A stretch of DNA of 64,000 nucleotides, taken from positions 16,306,001 to 16,370,000 of the forward strand of contig OZ024759.1 of the NCBI GenBank assembly GCA_964016885.1, written 5' to 3'. A model generated the notes under the pieces. It was not told the origin of the DNA and did no database searches. It was given only the letters and a program-made list of their open reading frames with translations. Made by a program: the position numbers and the translations under genes. Shown piece after piece: positions 11,372-26,356 of the stretch; position 1 is the stretch's first letter; the number at the start of each line of letters is the position of its first letter. The DNA is from Eledone cirrhosa. Its lineage: Eukaryota.

Positions 11372-12416
11372 TATATATATATAACAGAGGATGTCTGTCT
11401 GTGTGTGTAAATCCCTAAAACGCAAAAAGTACCCGACCAATTTTTTTCAAACTTTGCACATGCGCTACTTATATTTTTAACTTTTTATGCCCTACGACCT
11501 GCATCAGGCGAAAAGCCGCATTTTAAATGCATTTTTAGGCTTTTTTGAAATTTTTCGAAATTTGCAGCACACATTTTTTGATTCCATTAATGGTTTTTAG
11601 GAAATTTACGAATTAGCATTGGACATTACATGCCATTTTCATTTTCAATATAAACACTACTTAACAAAATTTTTAACAAAATATACGCTACTTACGATGG
11701 TAAGTAGCGTATATTTTGTTAAAAATTTTGTTTATTTAGCAGAGGACAGAATACTTACTTACTTTTAAGCAGGACCATTTTTGGGGGATTGAGGAAATGA
11801 GGAGGACCTTAAAATTTTTGTCGGGGCTTCGTCCTTTCATCACGTGCAAATCCGGGCCCTGTGTACGTTGCCGTGTTATTGACACCATAAAACTCACCTC
11901 TGTGCTACTTCTACTAAGACCCCTTTTGTTGCACCTACACTGCAGCATGAACAGTGGTTGTGCTAATTCTGCAGTGACCCCTTTTGTTGCTGTGTAAATG
12001 CAGTGCCACCCAGCATTTGTGCTAATTGCACTATGAACTCCCTTCTGCTGCAGCTGTGTTGCCACGCTGATTTTGTCATCTCAACATCCCTACGTGGTTT
12101 TCACACAATGGACTACGTCACTCCTTCAGACTGACATGTCTTCCCCATCCGTGACGTAATTCGTGAACAGACTTACAACATACATCGCCCCACAACACCT
12201 TCTTAATCCTTTCGCATACAGGATTTCCGCAATCAGCACACTGACACTGTTACTCCTGGATTCAGCCTGCATATGTTCCACGTTTCCAGTAGATGAACAA
12301 TCATTCTCCGAGAATAAGGGATTTCAAAAAGTACACAGCTACATTCCTCAATCTTTGCATATGCATTTTGCTATTTCACGTTTCCTACTCCGTGCAACGC
12401 CGGGTCTTGCTGCTAG
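11372..12416 (+). mobile_element. Non-autonomous Helitron-like element (3' part duplicated at 14641-15138)
   Basis: 5' TATA/TGTCTGTCTGTGTG segment, and a 3' hairpin CCCGTGCAACGCCGGG followed by CTAG-T. Confidence 0.6.
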
Positions 12417-12485
12417 TATATATATAATTCGTTTTTGAATTTGTTTTGAGAGATTTCTTATCTGAAAACGTGTTGAACAGAGATC

Positions 12486-12780
12486 GTTATACTTTGGGAG
12501 ACTCATGTTGTCAATAAAAACACACACACCTGTTGGTTTTCACTTCAATTTATTATAAATTTCTGGTTGGTTGGTTGATTCGATAACTGGAAGGACAGAA
12601 CAAAGAAGAGACAAACCTTGTCACTGAGGAGGTCACAGAATGTGACGAAAGAGCTTTGACAATATATATAAACAACCTTCCAGTTATTCAACCAACCAAC
12701 CAGACATTTATAATAAATTGAAGTGAAGACCAACAGATGTGTGTGTTTTTATTGGCAATATGACCCTCCCATAGTATAAC
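12486..12780. mobile_element. Foldback/MITE with ~100-bp inverted arms (copy ~15198-15485; fragments ~43150, ~52370)
   Basis: GTTATACTTTGGGAG...ATAACTGGAAGG is inverted as CCTTCCAGTTAT...CTCCCATAGTATAAC. Confidence 0.75.
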
Positions 12781-12929
12781 CATATATATATATATATATA
12801 AATCTGAAATGATGTATCGGAGAAGTCAGGAAAATTAAACCTTGTGCATATCAACCCTGATGGGACTTGAACCCACAATCTTCGGCTCTGAAGGCTTATT
12901 ATTATTATTTTTAAAAATTAAATAGGAAA

Positions 12930-13262
12930 GCGGGGTCTTTGGAGTGAGGTTACTCGATACAGTAGTGTGTAGTTTGGAGATGAGAGTCACTCCAGGTAGA
13001 GCTGCTACTTCTCCAAATTGAGAAATCACAGCTCCAGTATTATGGGTATGTGGTTAGAATGTTTCAGGAAAGAATTGCTGGACATATTTACAGGCAAAAC
13101 CAACCTACTGGGCACCAAGGGGCAGACCCCAAGCAAGATGGTTGGATAACATCCATGAGCTTGGGTGATCTCGCTTGGGGATCCAGCAGGATCAATTGCT
13201 GACGGAAGTAGTGTTTGAGGACTCTATCTCCATGACCCTCTCAGGAATAAATGGTCGAAGAA
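12930..13262 (+). mobile_element. LINE 3'-end fragment, RTE-like (also ~15540-15870, 27440-30110 minus, 35170-35460, 56215-56560 minus, 58525-58970)
   Basis: Encodes LQVEPLLLRIERSQLRYYGHVVRMSQERI...GRPQARWLD, a post-RT region. Confidence 0.75.
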
Positions 13263-13489
13263 GAAAAAGAGGCAAAAATGTTTTAAATCATACGATTTAA
13301 TATTAAAGAAAGTTGGTATACAGTAATTTACAGATATTGCCAGAAATGTCATGTTCTCTGGCGAATATTTACGAAGATAACCAGGACTGCAAGTCTCTGC
13401 TTCAGATAAAATATTGAATTATTATTATTTAATATATTTATTATACTTAGATATCAATCAATGTTGTAGAATTTGTATACATACATCAT

Positions 13490-14640
13490 ATGATGGCTGC
13501 CCCCTCGTTATCGCGTATGGCCATTGCACGAAAAAAAACAAAAAAACACATATATTAATAATTAACTGTGCTGCAACCGAATGTGGCTTTTTAGCCCAGC
13601 CAATTATCTAAAATATCTTGCAGGGTTGGCAACCAAAACATTCACTGGTAACAGCCGGCTGTGGTTGGACTTCATGTACTTTTGCATGTCGTTTGAGCCC
13701 TTCTGCTGATCTACACTCTTTTCCACATGCTTGACAGGTATGATGAGTAGCATCTCTGACAGCAGCCTGGTAGGCAACCACTGGTCTCACTTTATTAGAG
13801 CGAAGATGACTTTCGAGTCAAGCTTTGCTGAGGCAGAGTCTTGCACAGACGCTGCATGTCAGCGTCATAGAAGGACCTTTGTTGTCTGGAAATGTAACAG
13901 CAATGGCTTTCCTAACATCCCTTTTTACTTTCTCGTATGCGATTCGAGATGCTTCAAAAGCAACTTTCTCCTCATTTACACTCTTTCTCCATTTATTATG
14001 ATCAGCAGCTACGCTTTCCCATGTATCAGCAGAGTTGTTAGCGTCTTTCAAGGAGGCTTTCAACAAATCCTTATACCTCTTTTTTGGTTTATGTGGAGGT
14101 CGTTTCCCTATAACTAACTCTCCATAAAAAGAGTTCTTTTGGTATTCTAGAATCTTTAAGGTGGTGTCAATATGTGACCCAGGTCTCGCAGGCATAAAGA
14201 AGAGAAGAGAGCATACATGATTTGTACACCTTTACCTTTGTCTTTTTGCGTATGTCTTGCCAACCCCAGAGGCGCCTTTCTAGCTTTCCCAGTCCTGAGT
14301 GGAATTTAATTATCAAGATTGCTGTATTAATTGACAGTGCTTCCCAGGTAGACAAACTGATCAACCACACTAAGTCGTTTACCATACACATAGATATTTC
14401 GTTCACTGTACTGCTTAGTGAGCATCTTATTTCCATGAGAATTCCGTTGGACAAAGGAAGGTATGCAACCCTGGTGAATGTGTATACTCCAACTATGAAG
14501 TCTGTTGATGAGGAAAAGTATCTTTCTACCATGCTTTGAAAGGTGTTATAAGAAATATCCCTCAGGTAGACAAGGTAATCGTGCAGGGTGACATTAATGC
14601 TAGAGTGGGTACAGATTTTAACACGTGGACTGTATTCGGA
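13490..14640 (-). mobile_element. Rearranged RTE-like LINE with C-terminal C2H2 fingers and an inverted endonuclease segment (copy ~16090-17213)
   Basis: Minus strand: VDQFVYLGS, KVKVYKSCMLSSLLYACETW, then CSVCARLCLSKAG, CQACGKECRSAEGLKRH and CQPC...LAGLKSH. Plus strand 14405-14640: APE motifs VYTPT...GDINARVG. Confidence 0.85.
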
Positions 14641-17467
14641 AGACCCCTTTTGTTGCACCTACACTGCAGCATGAACAGTGGTTGTGCTAATTCTGCAGTA
14701 ACCCCTTTTGTTGCTGTGTAAACGCAGTGCCACCCAGCATTTGTGCTAATTGCACTATGAACCCCCTTCTGCTGCAGCTGTGTTGCCACGCTGATTTTGT
14801 CATCTCAACATCCCTACGTGGTTTTCACACAATTGACTACGTCGTTCCTTCAGACTGACGTGTTCCCCATCCGTGACGTAATTCGTGAACAGACTTACAA
14901 CATACATCGCCCCACAACACCTTCTTAATCCTTTTGCATACAGGATTTCCGCAATCAGCACACTGACACTGTTACTCCTCTATTCAGCCTGCATATGTTC
15001 CACGTTTCCAGTAGATGAACAATCATTCTCCGAGAATAATGGATTTCAAAAAGTACACAGCAACATTCCTCAATCTTTGCATATGCATTTTGCTATTTCA
15101 CCTTTCCTATCCCGTGCAACGCCGGGTCCTGCTGCTAGTATATATAAAATTCGTTTTGCAAGATTTCATATCTGAAAACGTGTGCTGAAACAGATATTGT
15201 TATACTTTGGGAGGCTCATGTTATCAATAAAAACACACACACCTGTTGGTTTTCACTTCAATTTATTCGATAACTGGAAGGACAGAACAAAAAAAGAGAC
15301 AAAAAATGAAAACCTAGTCACTGAGGAGGTTACAGAATGTGTGACGAAAGAGCTTTGACTATTTATATAAACAACCTTCCAGTTATTCAACCAACCAACC
15401 AACCAACCGGACATTTATAATAAATTGAAGTGAAAACCAACAGATGTGTGTTTTTATTGGCAATATGACCCTCCCAAAGTATAACTATATATATATATAT
15501 ATTATCATTATTATTATTTTTAAAAATTAAATAGGGAAGCGGAGTCTTTGGAGTGAGGTTACTAGATAGAGTAGTGTGTAGTTTGGAGATGAGAGTCACT
15601 CCAGGTAGAGCTGCTACTTCTCCAAATTGAGAAATCACAGCTCCAATATTATGGGTATGTGGTTAGAATGTTTCAGGAAAGAATCGCTGGACATATTTAC
15701 AGGCAAAACCAACCTCCTGGGGACCAAGGGACAGAACCCAAGCAAGATGGTTGGATAACATCCATGAGCTTGGCTGATCTCGCTTGGGGATCCAGCAGGA
15801 TCAATTAGAGACGGAAGTAGTGTTTGAGGACTCTATCCCCACGACCCTCTCAGGAATAAATGGTCGAAGAAGCAAAAAGATTTTAAGTCATATGATTTAA
15901 TATTAAAGAAAGTTGGTATACAGTAATTTACAGATATTGCCAGAAATGTCATGTTCTCTGGCGAATATTTATGAAGATAACCAGAAGGACTGCAAGTCTC
16001 TGCTTGAGGTAGAATATTGAATTATTATTTAATATATTTATTATACTTAGATATCAATCAATGTTGTAGAATTTGTATACATACATCATATGATGGCTGC
16101 CCCCTCGTTATCGAGTATGGCCATTGCACGGAAAAAAAACAAAAGACACACACATATATTAATTAACTGTGCTGCAATGGAATGTGGCTTTTTAGCCCAG
16201 CCAATGATCTAAAATGTCTTTCAGGGTTGGCAACCAAAACATTCACTGGTAACAGCTGGCTGTGGTTGGACTTCATGTACTTTTGCATGTCGTTTGAGCC
16301 CTTCTGCCGATCTACACTCTTTTCCACATGCTTGACAGGTATGATGAGTAGCATCTCTGACAGCAGCCTGGGAGGCAACCACTGGTCTGACTTTATGACT
16401 GCGAAGATGACTTTCGAGTCAAGCTTTGCACAGACGCTGCATGTCAGCGTCATAGAAGGACCTTTGTTGTCTGGAAATGTAACAGCAATGGCTTTCCTGA
16501 CATCCCTTTTTACTTTCTCGTATGCGATTCGAGATGCTTCAAAAGCAACTTTCTCCTCATTTACACTCTTTCTCCATTTATTATGATCAGTAGCTACGCT
16601 TACCCATGTATCAGCAGAGATGTTAGTGTCTTTCAACAAATCCTTATACCTCTTTTTTTGGTTTATGTGGAGGTCGTTTCCCTTTAACTAACTCTCCATA
16701 AAAAGAGTTGCTTTGATATTCTAGAATCTTTAAGGTCGTGTCAATGTGACCCAGGTCTCGCAGGCATAAAGAAGAGAAGAGAGCATACATGATTTGTACA
16801 CCTTTACCTTTGTCTTCTTGCATATGTTTTGCCAACCCCAGAGGCGCCTTTCTAGCTTTCCCAATCCTGAGTGGAATTTCATTATCAACATTGCTGTATT
16901 AATTGACAGTGCTTCCCAGGTAGACAAACTGATCAACCACTCTAAGTCGTTTACCATACACATAGATATTTCGTTCACTGTACTGCTTAGTGAGCATCTT
17001 ATTTCCATGAGAATTCCGTTGGACAAAGGAAGGTATGCAACCCTGGTGAGTGTGTATACTCCAACTATGAAGTCTGTTGATGAGGAAAAAGTATCTTTCT
17101 ACCATGCTTTGAAAGGTGTTATAAGAAATATCCCTCAGGTAGACAAGGTAATCGTGCAGGGTGACATTAATGCTAGAGTGGGTACAGATTTTAACACGTG
17201 GACTGTATTCGGAAGGCTACAGCCATCCATTCAGTTGAGAAAAGAATCTTATAAATAATAACATTATCAATAATTATTAATTAGTGTTATCGTGCAATGC
17301 CCATGCGTGAAGATTTTCAAACATACATATATATGCATACAGAGACCTGATTTCAGATAGAACTCATCAGATTGGATCAAGTCTTTCCCATTGCTAATAC
17401 TATCTACCGGTTGCAACTCAACTCCGGTATATATGTTATCATAGAATGACTTTTGATATAGGGACTG

Positions 17468-19950
<2,483 letters not shown>

Positions 19951-20539
19951 ATTTTTTTCTCTCACCTCACAATAAATATATAATCCTTTATATCTTATTA
20001 TTAACAAATATTTCTATTGTCATATTTCCACCAGTTGCGAATGATGTTGATACCTGAAGACAAGGAAAACACCATTGTATTATAATTGGATTTCCAAATT
20101 ATGATATAAAAAAGATTTGGCAATGAATCTTCCCAAAGGTAAATACTCCAAAGATTTATATAAAGGATTTTATATCTCTTCTGGTCTTTAACAGATGATA
20201 AATATTCATGATTATACCAATGTTATCCAATACTCTGAAATAAGAAAGAAACAGTATAAGATATAAAGGTTACTTTAAAGTAGAAATTTAATGGTGGAAA
20301 TAATACCACATTTCAATATTAATGAGAATTGTTGATATAAACCTTCCCCTGAACACAAAAGAGTTAGGACTCCACTTCAGTTGTGTCCAAGACATGCCAA
20401 CCACCGTAGTGCTGGTGGCATGATAAAATGCAATTCACATATACACACATTATATATAATCTCGGGTCCCAAATAATAGGGGGGAGGGGTTAGAAAATCG
20501 CAAATTTTTCTAGGTTGTCTCCACGATTAATCCAGACCC

Positions 20540-21759
20540 ATGAGAAGAATAAGTGACTATAGTTAGCTTTTGTTGATCTAGAGAAGGCCTTTCATAGAGT
20601 ACTCCAATCTGTCATCTGGTGGTCCCTAAGGAAACTAGGTGTAGAGGAATGGCTTGTGAGGACAGTGCAAGCTATGTACAGGGGTGCTGTCAGTAGAGTG
20701 AGAATAGGAATGGAGTTTTGTGAGGAATTCCAGATACAAGTAGATGTACATGAAGGTTCTGTCCTCAGCCCACTCTTATTCATTATAGTCCTCCAAGCCA
20801 TAACAGAGGAGTTTAAGACTGGATGCCCATGGGAACTTCTCTATGCTGATGATCTGGTTCTTATAGCAGAATCAGTAAAGGAACTAGAGAATAAATTCTG
20901 GCTATGGAAACAGCAGTTGCAATCAAGAGGAGTGAGAGTGAACATAGCTAAGACAAAAGTGTTGATAAGTAGAAGAGAGGACAATACTCTGATTCCATCA
21001 GAGAAATGGCCATGTTCGATATGTAGGAAAGGAACTGGCATAAATTCCATAAAATGTACACAATGCAGATCTTGGGTACACAAGAGATGTAGTGGGATAA
21101 CAGGCAAACTAACAGATAGGGAAAACTATGGATGCAGATGTACAGGGAAAGTTGGCAATAGTAATCGCTGTGAAAGACTCATTTTTCCAATGCAGGTGGA
21201 TTCTATAGAAGTGGTTGATAGCTTCCAGTACCTAGGTGATCAGATTAGCATGGGAGGGAGGTGTTCCGAGGCCAAAGTATCTAGAATAAGGACGGGTTGG
21301 AAGAAGTTTAGGGAGCTGCTTCCTCTGTTGACAAAGAAGGGTTTCTCCCTGCGTACCAAAGGGCGGTTATATGATGCCTGTGTGAGATGCGCGATGCTGC
21401 ATGGTAGTGAGACATGGGCAGCAGCTGCAGAAGATATGAGACGGCTGGAGAGAAATGAAGCAAGTATGCTCCGTTGGATGTGCAATGTCAATGTGCGTGA
21501 ACGACTAAACATAGACGAGTTGAGAAAGAAACAGGGTATAAGATGGGTGAAGAAGTGCCAGGAATTCCCAGTGGAGTGAAGACGCAGTAGAGGTAAATCA
21601 CGTAAAACATTGGCGGAGGTGGTGAGAGCAGACCTCAGATTGCTGAAACTCACCGAGGAGATGACGAAGGACCATGACAAGTGGAGGGATGCTGTGCTGA
21701 ATAGGACACGTCCAACTCTTGTAAGCTGGGAAAAGCGGACGTAAAATGATGATGATGAT
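20540..21759 (+). mobile_element. RTE-clade LINE, duplicated copy of 2972-4258
   Basis: 307-aa ORF with LLYADDL, the PHD-like insert and FQYLG. It sits at the same insertion site as copy 1. Confidence 0.92.
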
Positions 21760-24700
21760 ATGGAAGCGGGTGGCCTAGTGGTAAGGGTATTGGACTTCTG
21801 ACCATAACGTTATGGATTCAATTCCTGGACTGGGTTGTGTGTTGAGTTCTTGAGCAAAACACGTTCGGACCATATCCTTGTGGTTGTGTTTATAGAAAAT
21901 TATTTATTTCCCATTGCAATTTCTCATAACATTAGATGATTTGCAATATTTAGCAAAACATTTCATTTCACTTTACTACTACTGTTACAAATACGAAAGT
22001 TACTACTATTTCTATAGTAATTTTGGTGTGATGTATACGTCTGTCTCGATAAGATAACTACCAGATTTGAAAAAAAAAAAAAAAAGAAATTAGTAAACGT
22101 CAATATTATCGAGTAAACCACTCATGGTGTTGCTTGACCTCAGTCTCATGCAAATGAAACGGAAAGACGGCAGCACACCCGAGACCCGTAAAGTGGGGTG
22201 GCAGTTGCTGCAGGTGTCTCTGTCAATTTGTCCGCAGGGCACGACTGAGGCTCCGCTCAAACTGGGGTGTAGTGTCTGTCCCTTCCACATTGCTCCCTTT
22301 AATAGTGTTTTGTATTTATTAGATTTTTCTCAATTATTTTTATGTAGTAATTTACTTATTAAAAAAAAAAGTAATGGACCAGGCCAACAATTTTAGGGAA
22401 GGGGCTAAGGGGCTAAGTCGTTTAAACAGACCCAAATGCGTTACGGGTACTTTATTTTATCAACCGCGTAATAATAATTTATATTAAATCAGAGAAATTT
22501 GAAGGGAAGTAAATCTTGTTGCATATTGAAGAAGGACAGCACGACTTCTTTCCCTTTGATTGTTATTATAATCTGATTAAAAGTTACTTCACTAAATAAA
22601 ACCATTTCCGTCGCTAATTTTCTCCTTTTTCATAACATTTTAGTTTATTATATATATCGTCTTTTTTTAATGTTTCATCGATTACTTTACTGATTACAGA
22701 AAAGAGTGTAACACAGACTTCGTTCAATTTCTGTGCATATTGTTAATTAGGATTTCATTTTTAAATGTATATATACTTGAGTATAATATAATTATGCACA
22801 CGACACATGCTAGCAGAAAACCACCTGAGGGGTGAACTTTCTGCTAGTATATATAATTGTTTCTATTTTAGGCACAAGGCCAGCAATTACCCAGTGCTTT
22901 ACTGGTACTTTATTTTATCGACCCCGTAAAATAAAGTACCAGTAATACACTGGGTATTTGTTGGCCTTATGCCAAAAGTAGAAACAATTATATATACTAG
23001 CAGAAAGACCACCCCTCAGATGATGTTTTTTTGCTAGTATATATAATGCTTTTGTTTGTTTGTATTTGTGTGTGACTGTGTATATATGTATGGGTGTGAT
23101 CTCGTACATTGCCTCTCGCTCAATTTAATACTTACATATATATATCAATATAGTCAGAATTTCGGTAAATGGCGTCCCAGAGAAAAAAGGAAGTGACTAA
23201 CGTTTCCTTACATCTATTTTCTTTCTTTTCTGTCGTTTTTACGTCGTAAGTCCATAAACCACGGTGATCCATAGAAGAAACAACACCATTTGTTCGGCCG
23301 CCTCCGTATCAAGAACAGAAAATCTTTTTCGGAGAAATTATTGGATTCTTCCAAATTTATAGGCTTTTGTGGGGGAACTTTCAATGTTCTTATGTCTTTA
23401 TGGCCTGATGAGCTCAGGCTATCATAACTGATAGTCCTCGGTGAAATATGTATATCGGCGTTTTAAATAAACCTGAATCAACTGAATATGGCCTCCGATC
23501 TTTTAATATATATATATATAATGTATGTGTGTGTGTTTGTATGTAGATATGTGTTTTTATGTATATATATGAGTGTATATCTATATATATATTTTTTTAT
23601 AATTCCAAGGTGTTAGTGGAATTATAATAGAAGGGGAAATCAAATTAATGTTGAAATACAACAGAGAGAAATTACACATCTTACGATAATTCTGCGCAAG
23701 GATTCTATTTTTACGACTATGTTGTGCGGTCCTGTTTTAGTTTGTTTGATAAAAGCAAAACAGACTAATTAAAAATTGTATAAGCAGTTTAATGACTGAA
23801 AGCAGTAAAAATAATTTAAAATACAAATACAGTCCCGTAAATTAAAATTATAATCAAAATTAAAATTAAATTCTCCGGCCGCAGCACAGCTGAAAAAAAT
23901 AATATTCTTCCGCAGGCTACGAAACAAAGAAGTACTCGAAGTTCTTCAAAGATTTAATGTTTTTTTTCTTTTCATTGTCTTCCTGTATGTCAACTTTGAT
24001 CATCCCGAAGGATTCTGAGTGATTGAACATTCGACAACATCGATACATGTCAATTAATCAATCGAGAGTGTCTGATGTACACAATAGCTTCCGTTAATAT
24101 TTCATTCATTGTTGTTTATCAACCAAAAGCTTCGTGTTGTTCATTCCCTGTACGTCTTTTACAGAGCAGGTTTTTTTTTAAATTTCTAATATTATTGTTG
24201 TTTTTATTGATACGTAAGTATTATAAATTTATTGAAATATTCATTTTATAGTTTACTTCAAACAAAGGATTATCTTATGGGTCTCTTTTTTTATGCCAGA
24301 ATGGTTTGATGTGGGCTGTTATTCTTAGCCCGTCAAAGACATTTATTCAGAACCACGGACAGCTGACCTCCCCCCGTAAAATCGGAGTGATAGCAACCCT
24401 TCTGAAGAAGGAACCCCGCGGAAATGCTTTTACCATTATATCATGGGGAGAAGGAGGCTCAGTTGAAACAATTTGTCACCCTGTTCCCTTCCTTTGTTCT
24501 TGCCCTCCTTTTCCTCTTATTTATGGCATTGAATACTGAAGTGATAACTTAGGAAAGTCTTTAATAAATTAACGAAGACATTATTTTAAACACATCTCTC
24601 CTTGAATGAAGAGATCGTATGCGATAGATTGTTACCTCCCTTGATTATTTCTTTAGGTGATGACATTTCAGCCAGAAGAGGTCACTACCTGTATTTTGTT

Positions 24701-24912
24701 GGCCGTTATCCTCTTGATGGTAATCCTTTCTTTTCGAAACAGCAGCCAAATTGAAGGAAGCGATCCTATATAGATGATTACTTCCCTTGATTATATTTTC
24801 TGGGTTTTGACAACTAGAGGTCACTACATGTATTTTATTAGCCGTTGTCCACTTGGTTTTTGCTTTCGCTGCTAGAAATAACAGCCAATTTAACATCATA
24901 TTACATTTTACG

Positions 24913-26356
24913 AAATATATTTTCAAGTTTTTCAAGTTAAATAAATATATCCGTAATATATTTTCAAGTTAAATAAATATATTTTATTGCGTTGTAGTGC
25001 CAATTTATCAAATTAGAAAACAAATGAAGTTAAGTTTATAAATAAATATATGTTCATGTTCCAATAATGTTTCAAAAGGATGGATACAGTAAAGTGAGTA
25101 CATTTGAAAACAAATCGATTACGCTAAACATACAGAGAATAAAAAAAATGAACAGATATAGAACAAAACACAAATACAGACTCTCACACAATCCCCACCA
25201 CCACGTGTAAATAAATAATTCAAGGTTTTTCACTTTGAAATCACCACGTTGACGCAAACCTAGGTTTTTCACTTTGGGATAATACACGGATTTGCAACTT
25301 GAAAAATATAATGAATTCTACATTATACCCCAAGGTAAATGGAATTAATCATCGCGATATTTCCATCGCTACCGCTACTACAGCAGATAGCATTAATTGG
25401 CTGAAACAACATGGACTTCTGAATACTGAAAAGGTCTGCCCTTCATGTGGTGGAAGTAGTGAAGAAAAATGTGTTAGATGGAATTATCTGGTCATGTGGA
25501 AGGCCATGTAGAAAAATGGTGTCTATTAGAAAAGGAACATTTCTAGAAAATAGTAAATTGAAGTGTCAACAAATAATTGACATATATTATTGGGCAAAAG
25601 AAGATTTAGCCAAGGGGATTTCACAGGAATCTCGTATCGCGAATGTAGCCGTAGCAGATTGGCTAAATTTTTGCCGTGATGTATGTGCAGAATATTATGT
25701 GGCATAAAACATTAAGCTTGGCGGGCCAAACCGAACTGTTGAGATTGACGAAAGCGCCTTCGTGAGAAGGAAATACAATGTTGGCCATCAGGTTAAAACA
25801 CAGTGGGTCTTTGGTGCTTTGGAAAGAGATACCAGAAGATGTTTTTTAGTGGCAAGTGGAAGACCGGACAGCAGATTTAGCAATTATACAAGATCGTATA
25901 TTGCCTGGTACGACAATAATTTCTGACCTCTGGCGCTCCTATAATACGATCAATCAGCTAGGCTATCAACATTTGACTGTAAACCATTCCATCAATTTTG
26001 TTGATCCTGTAACATTTGCCACAACTAACCACATAGAATGCTTGTGGAACATGTAAAGACCAGAAATTTGCTTCAATGCCATCTAATTGAATTCATGTGG
26101 CGGTATGAATTTAAGGATGAAATTTTCCCAAAAATTATTGGAACATATTCGTCATCTGTATCCATGCTTTTGAAACATTATTGAACATATTATTGGAACA
26201 GATACATATTCTTCATAAATGTATAAGGTTGGTGAAAAAAATGAACATATTTATTTATAAACTTAACTTCATTTGTTTTCTAATTTGATAACCATGACTA
26301 TGAAAATATATTTATTTTTAAACTTAACTTAACTTGAAAAACTTGAAAATATATTT
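24913..26356 (+). mobile_element. Merlin (IS1595/ISXO2-like) DNA transposon, decayed transposase ~25299-26173
   Basis: CPSC...WSC..PC zinc ribbon, GGPNRTVEIDES, QWVFGALER, PGTTIISDLWRSY, VNHSINFVDP and TNHIECLW motifs, with a stop at 25705 and frameshifts. Long imperfect inverted repeats at 24913-25090 and 26156-26356. Confidence 0.9.

Larger units (their letters stand above)
11917..17213. repeat. Direct tandem duplication, ~2.7-kb unit (11917-14640 / 14641-17213)
   Basis: AGACCCCTTTTGTTGCACC starts both units and GTGGACTGTATTCGGA ends both. The internal order is identical. Confidence 0.95.

Noticed and set aside
11736-12438. Host gene captured in the Helitron-like element
   Set aside because: No recognisable protein motif in any frame I could read.
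12852-12895. tRNA with TCA anticodon (Sec/suppressor) on the minus strand
   Set aside because: Only the 3' half is present. It is best explained as a tRNA-Arg(TCG)-derived fragment with CpG decay.
25299-26173. Bacterial IS1595 contamination or recent transfer
   Set aside because: Decayed, AT-rich and embedded among host repeats, consistent with eukaryotic Merlin.
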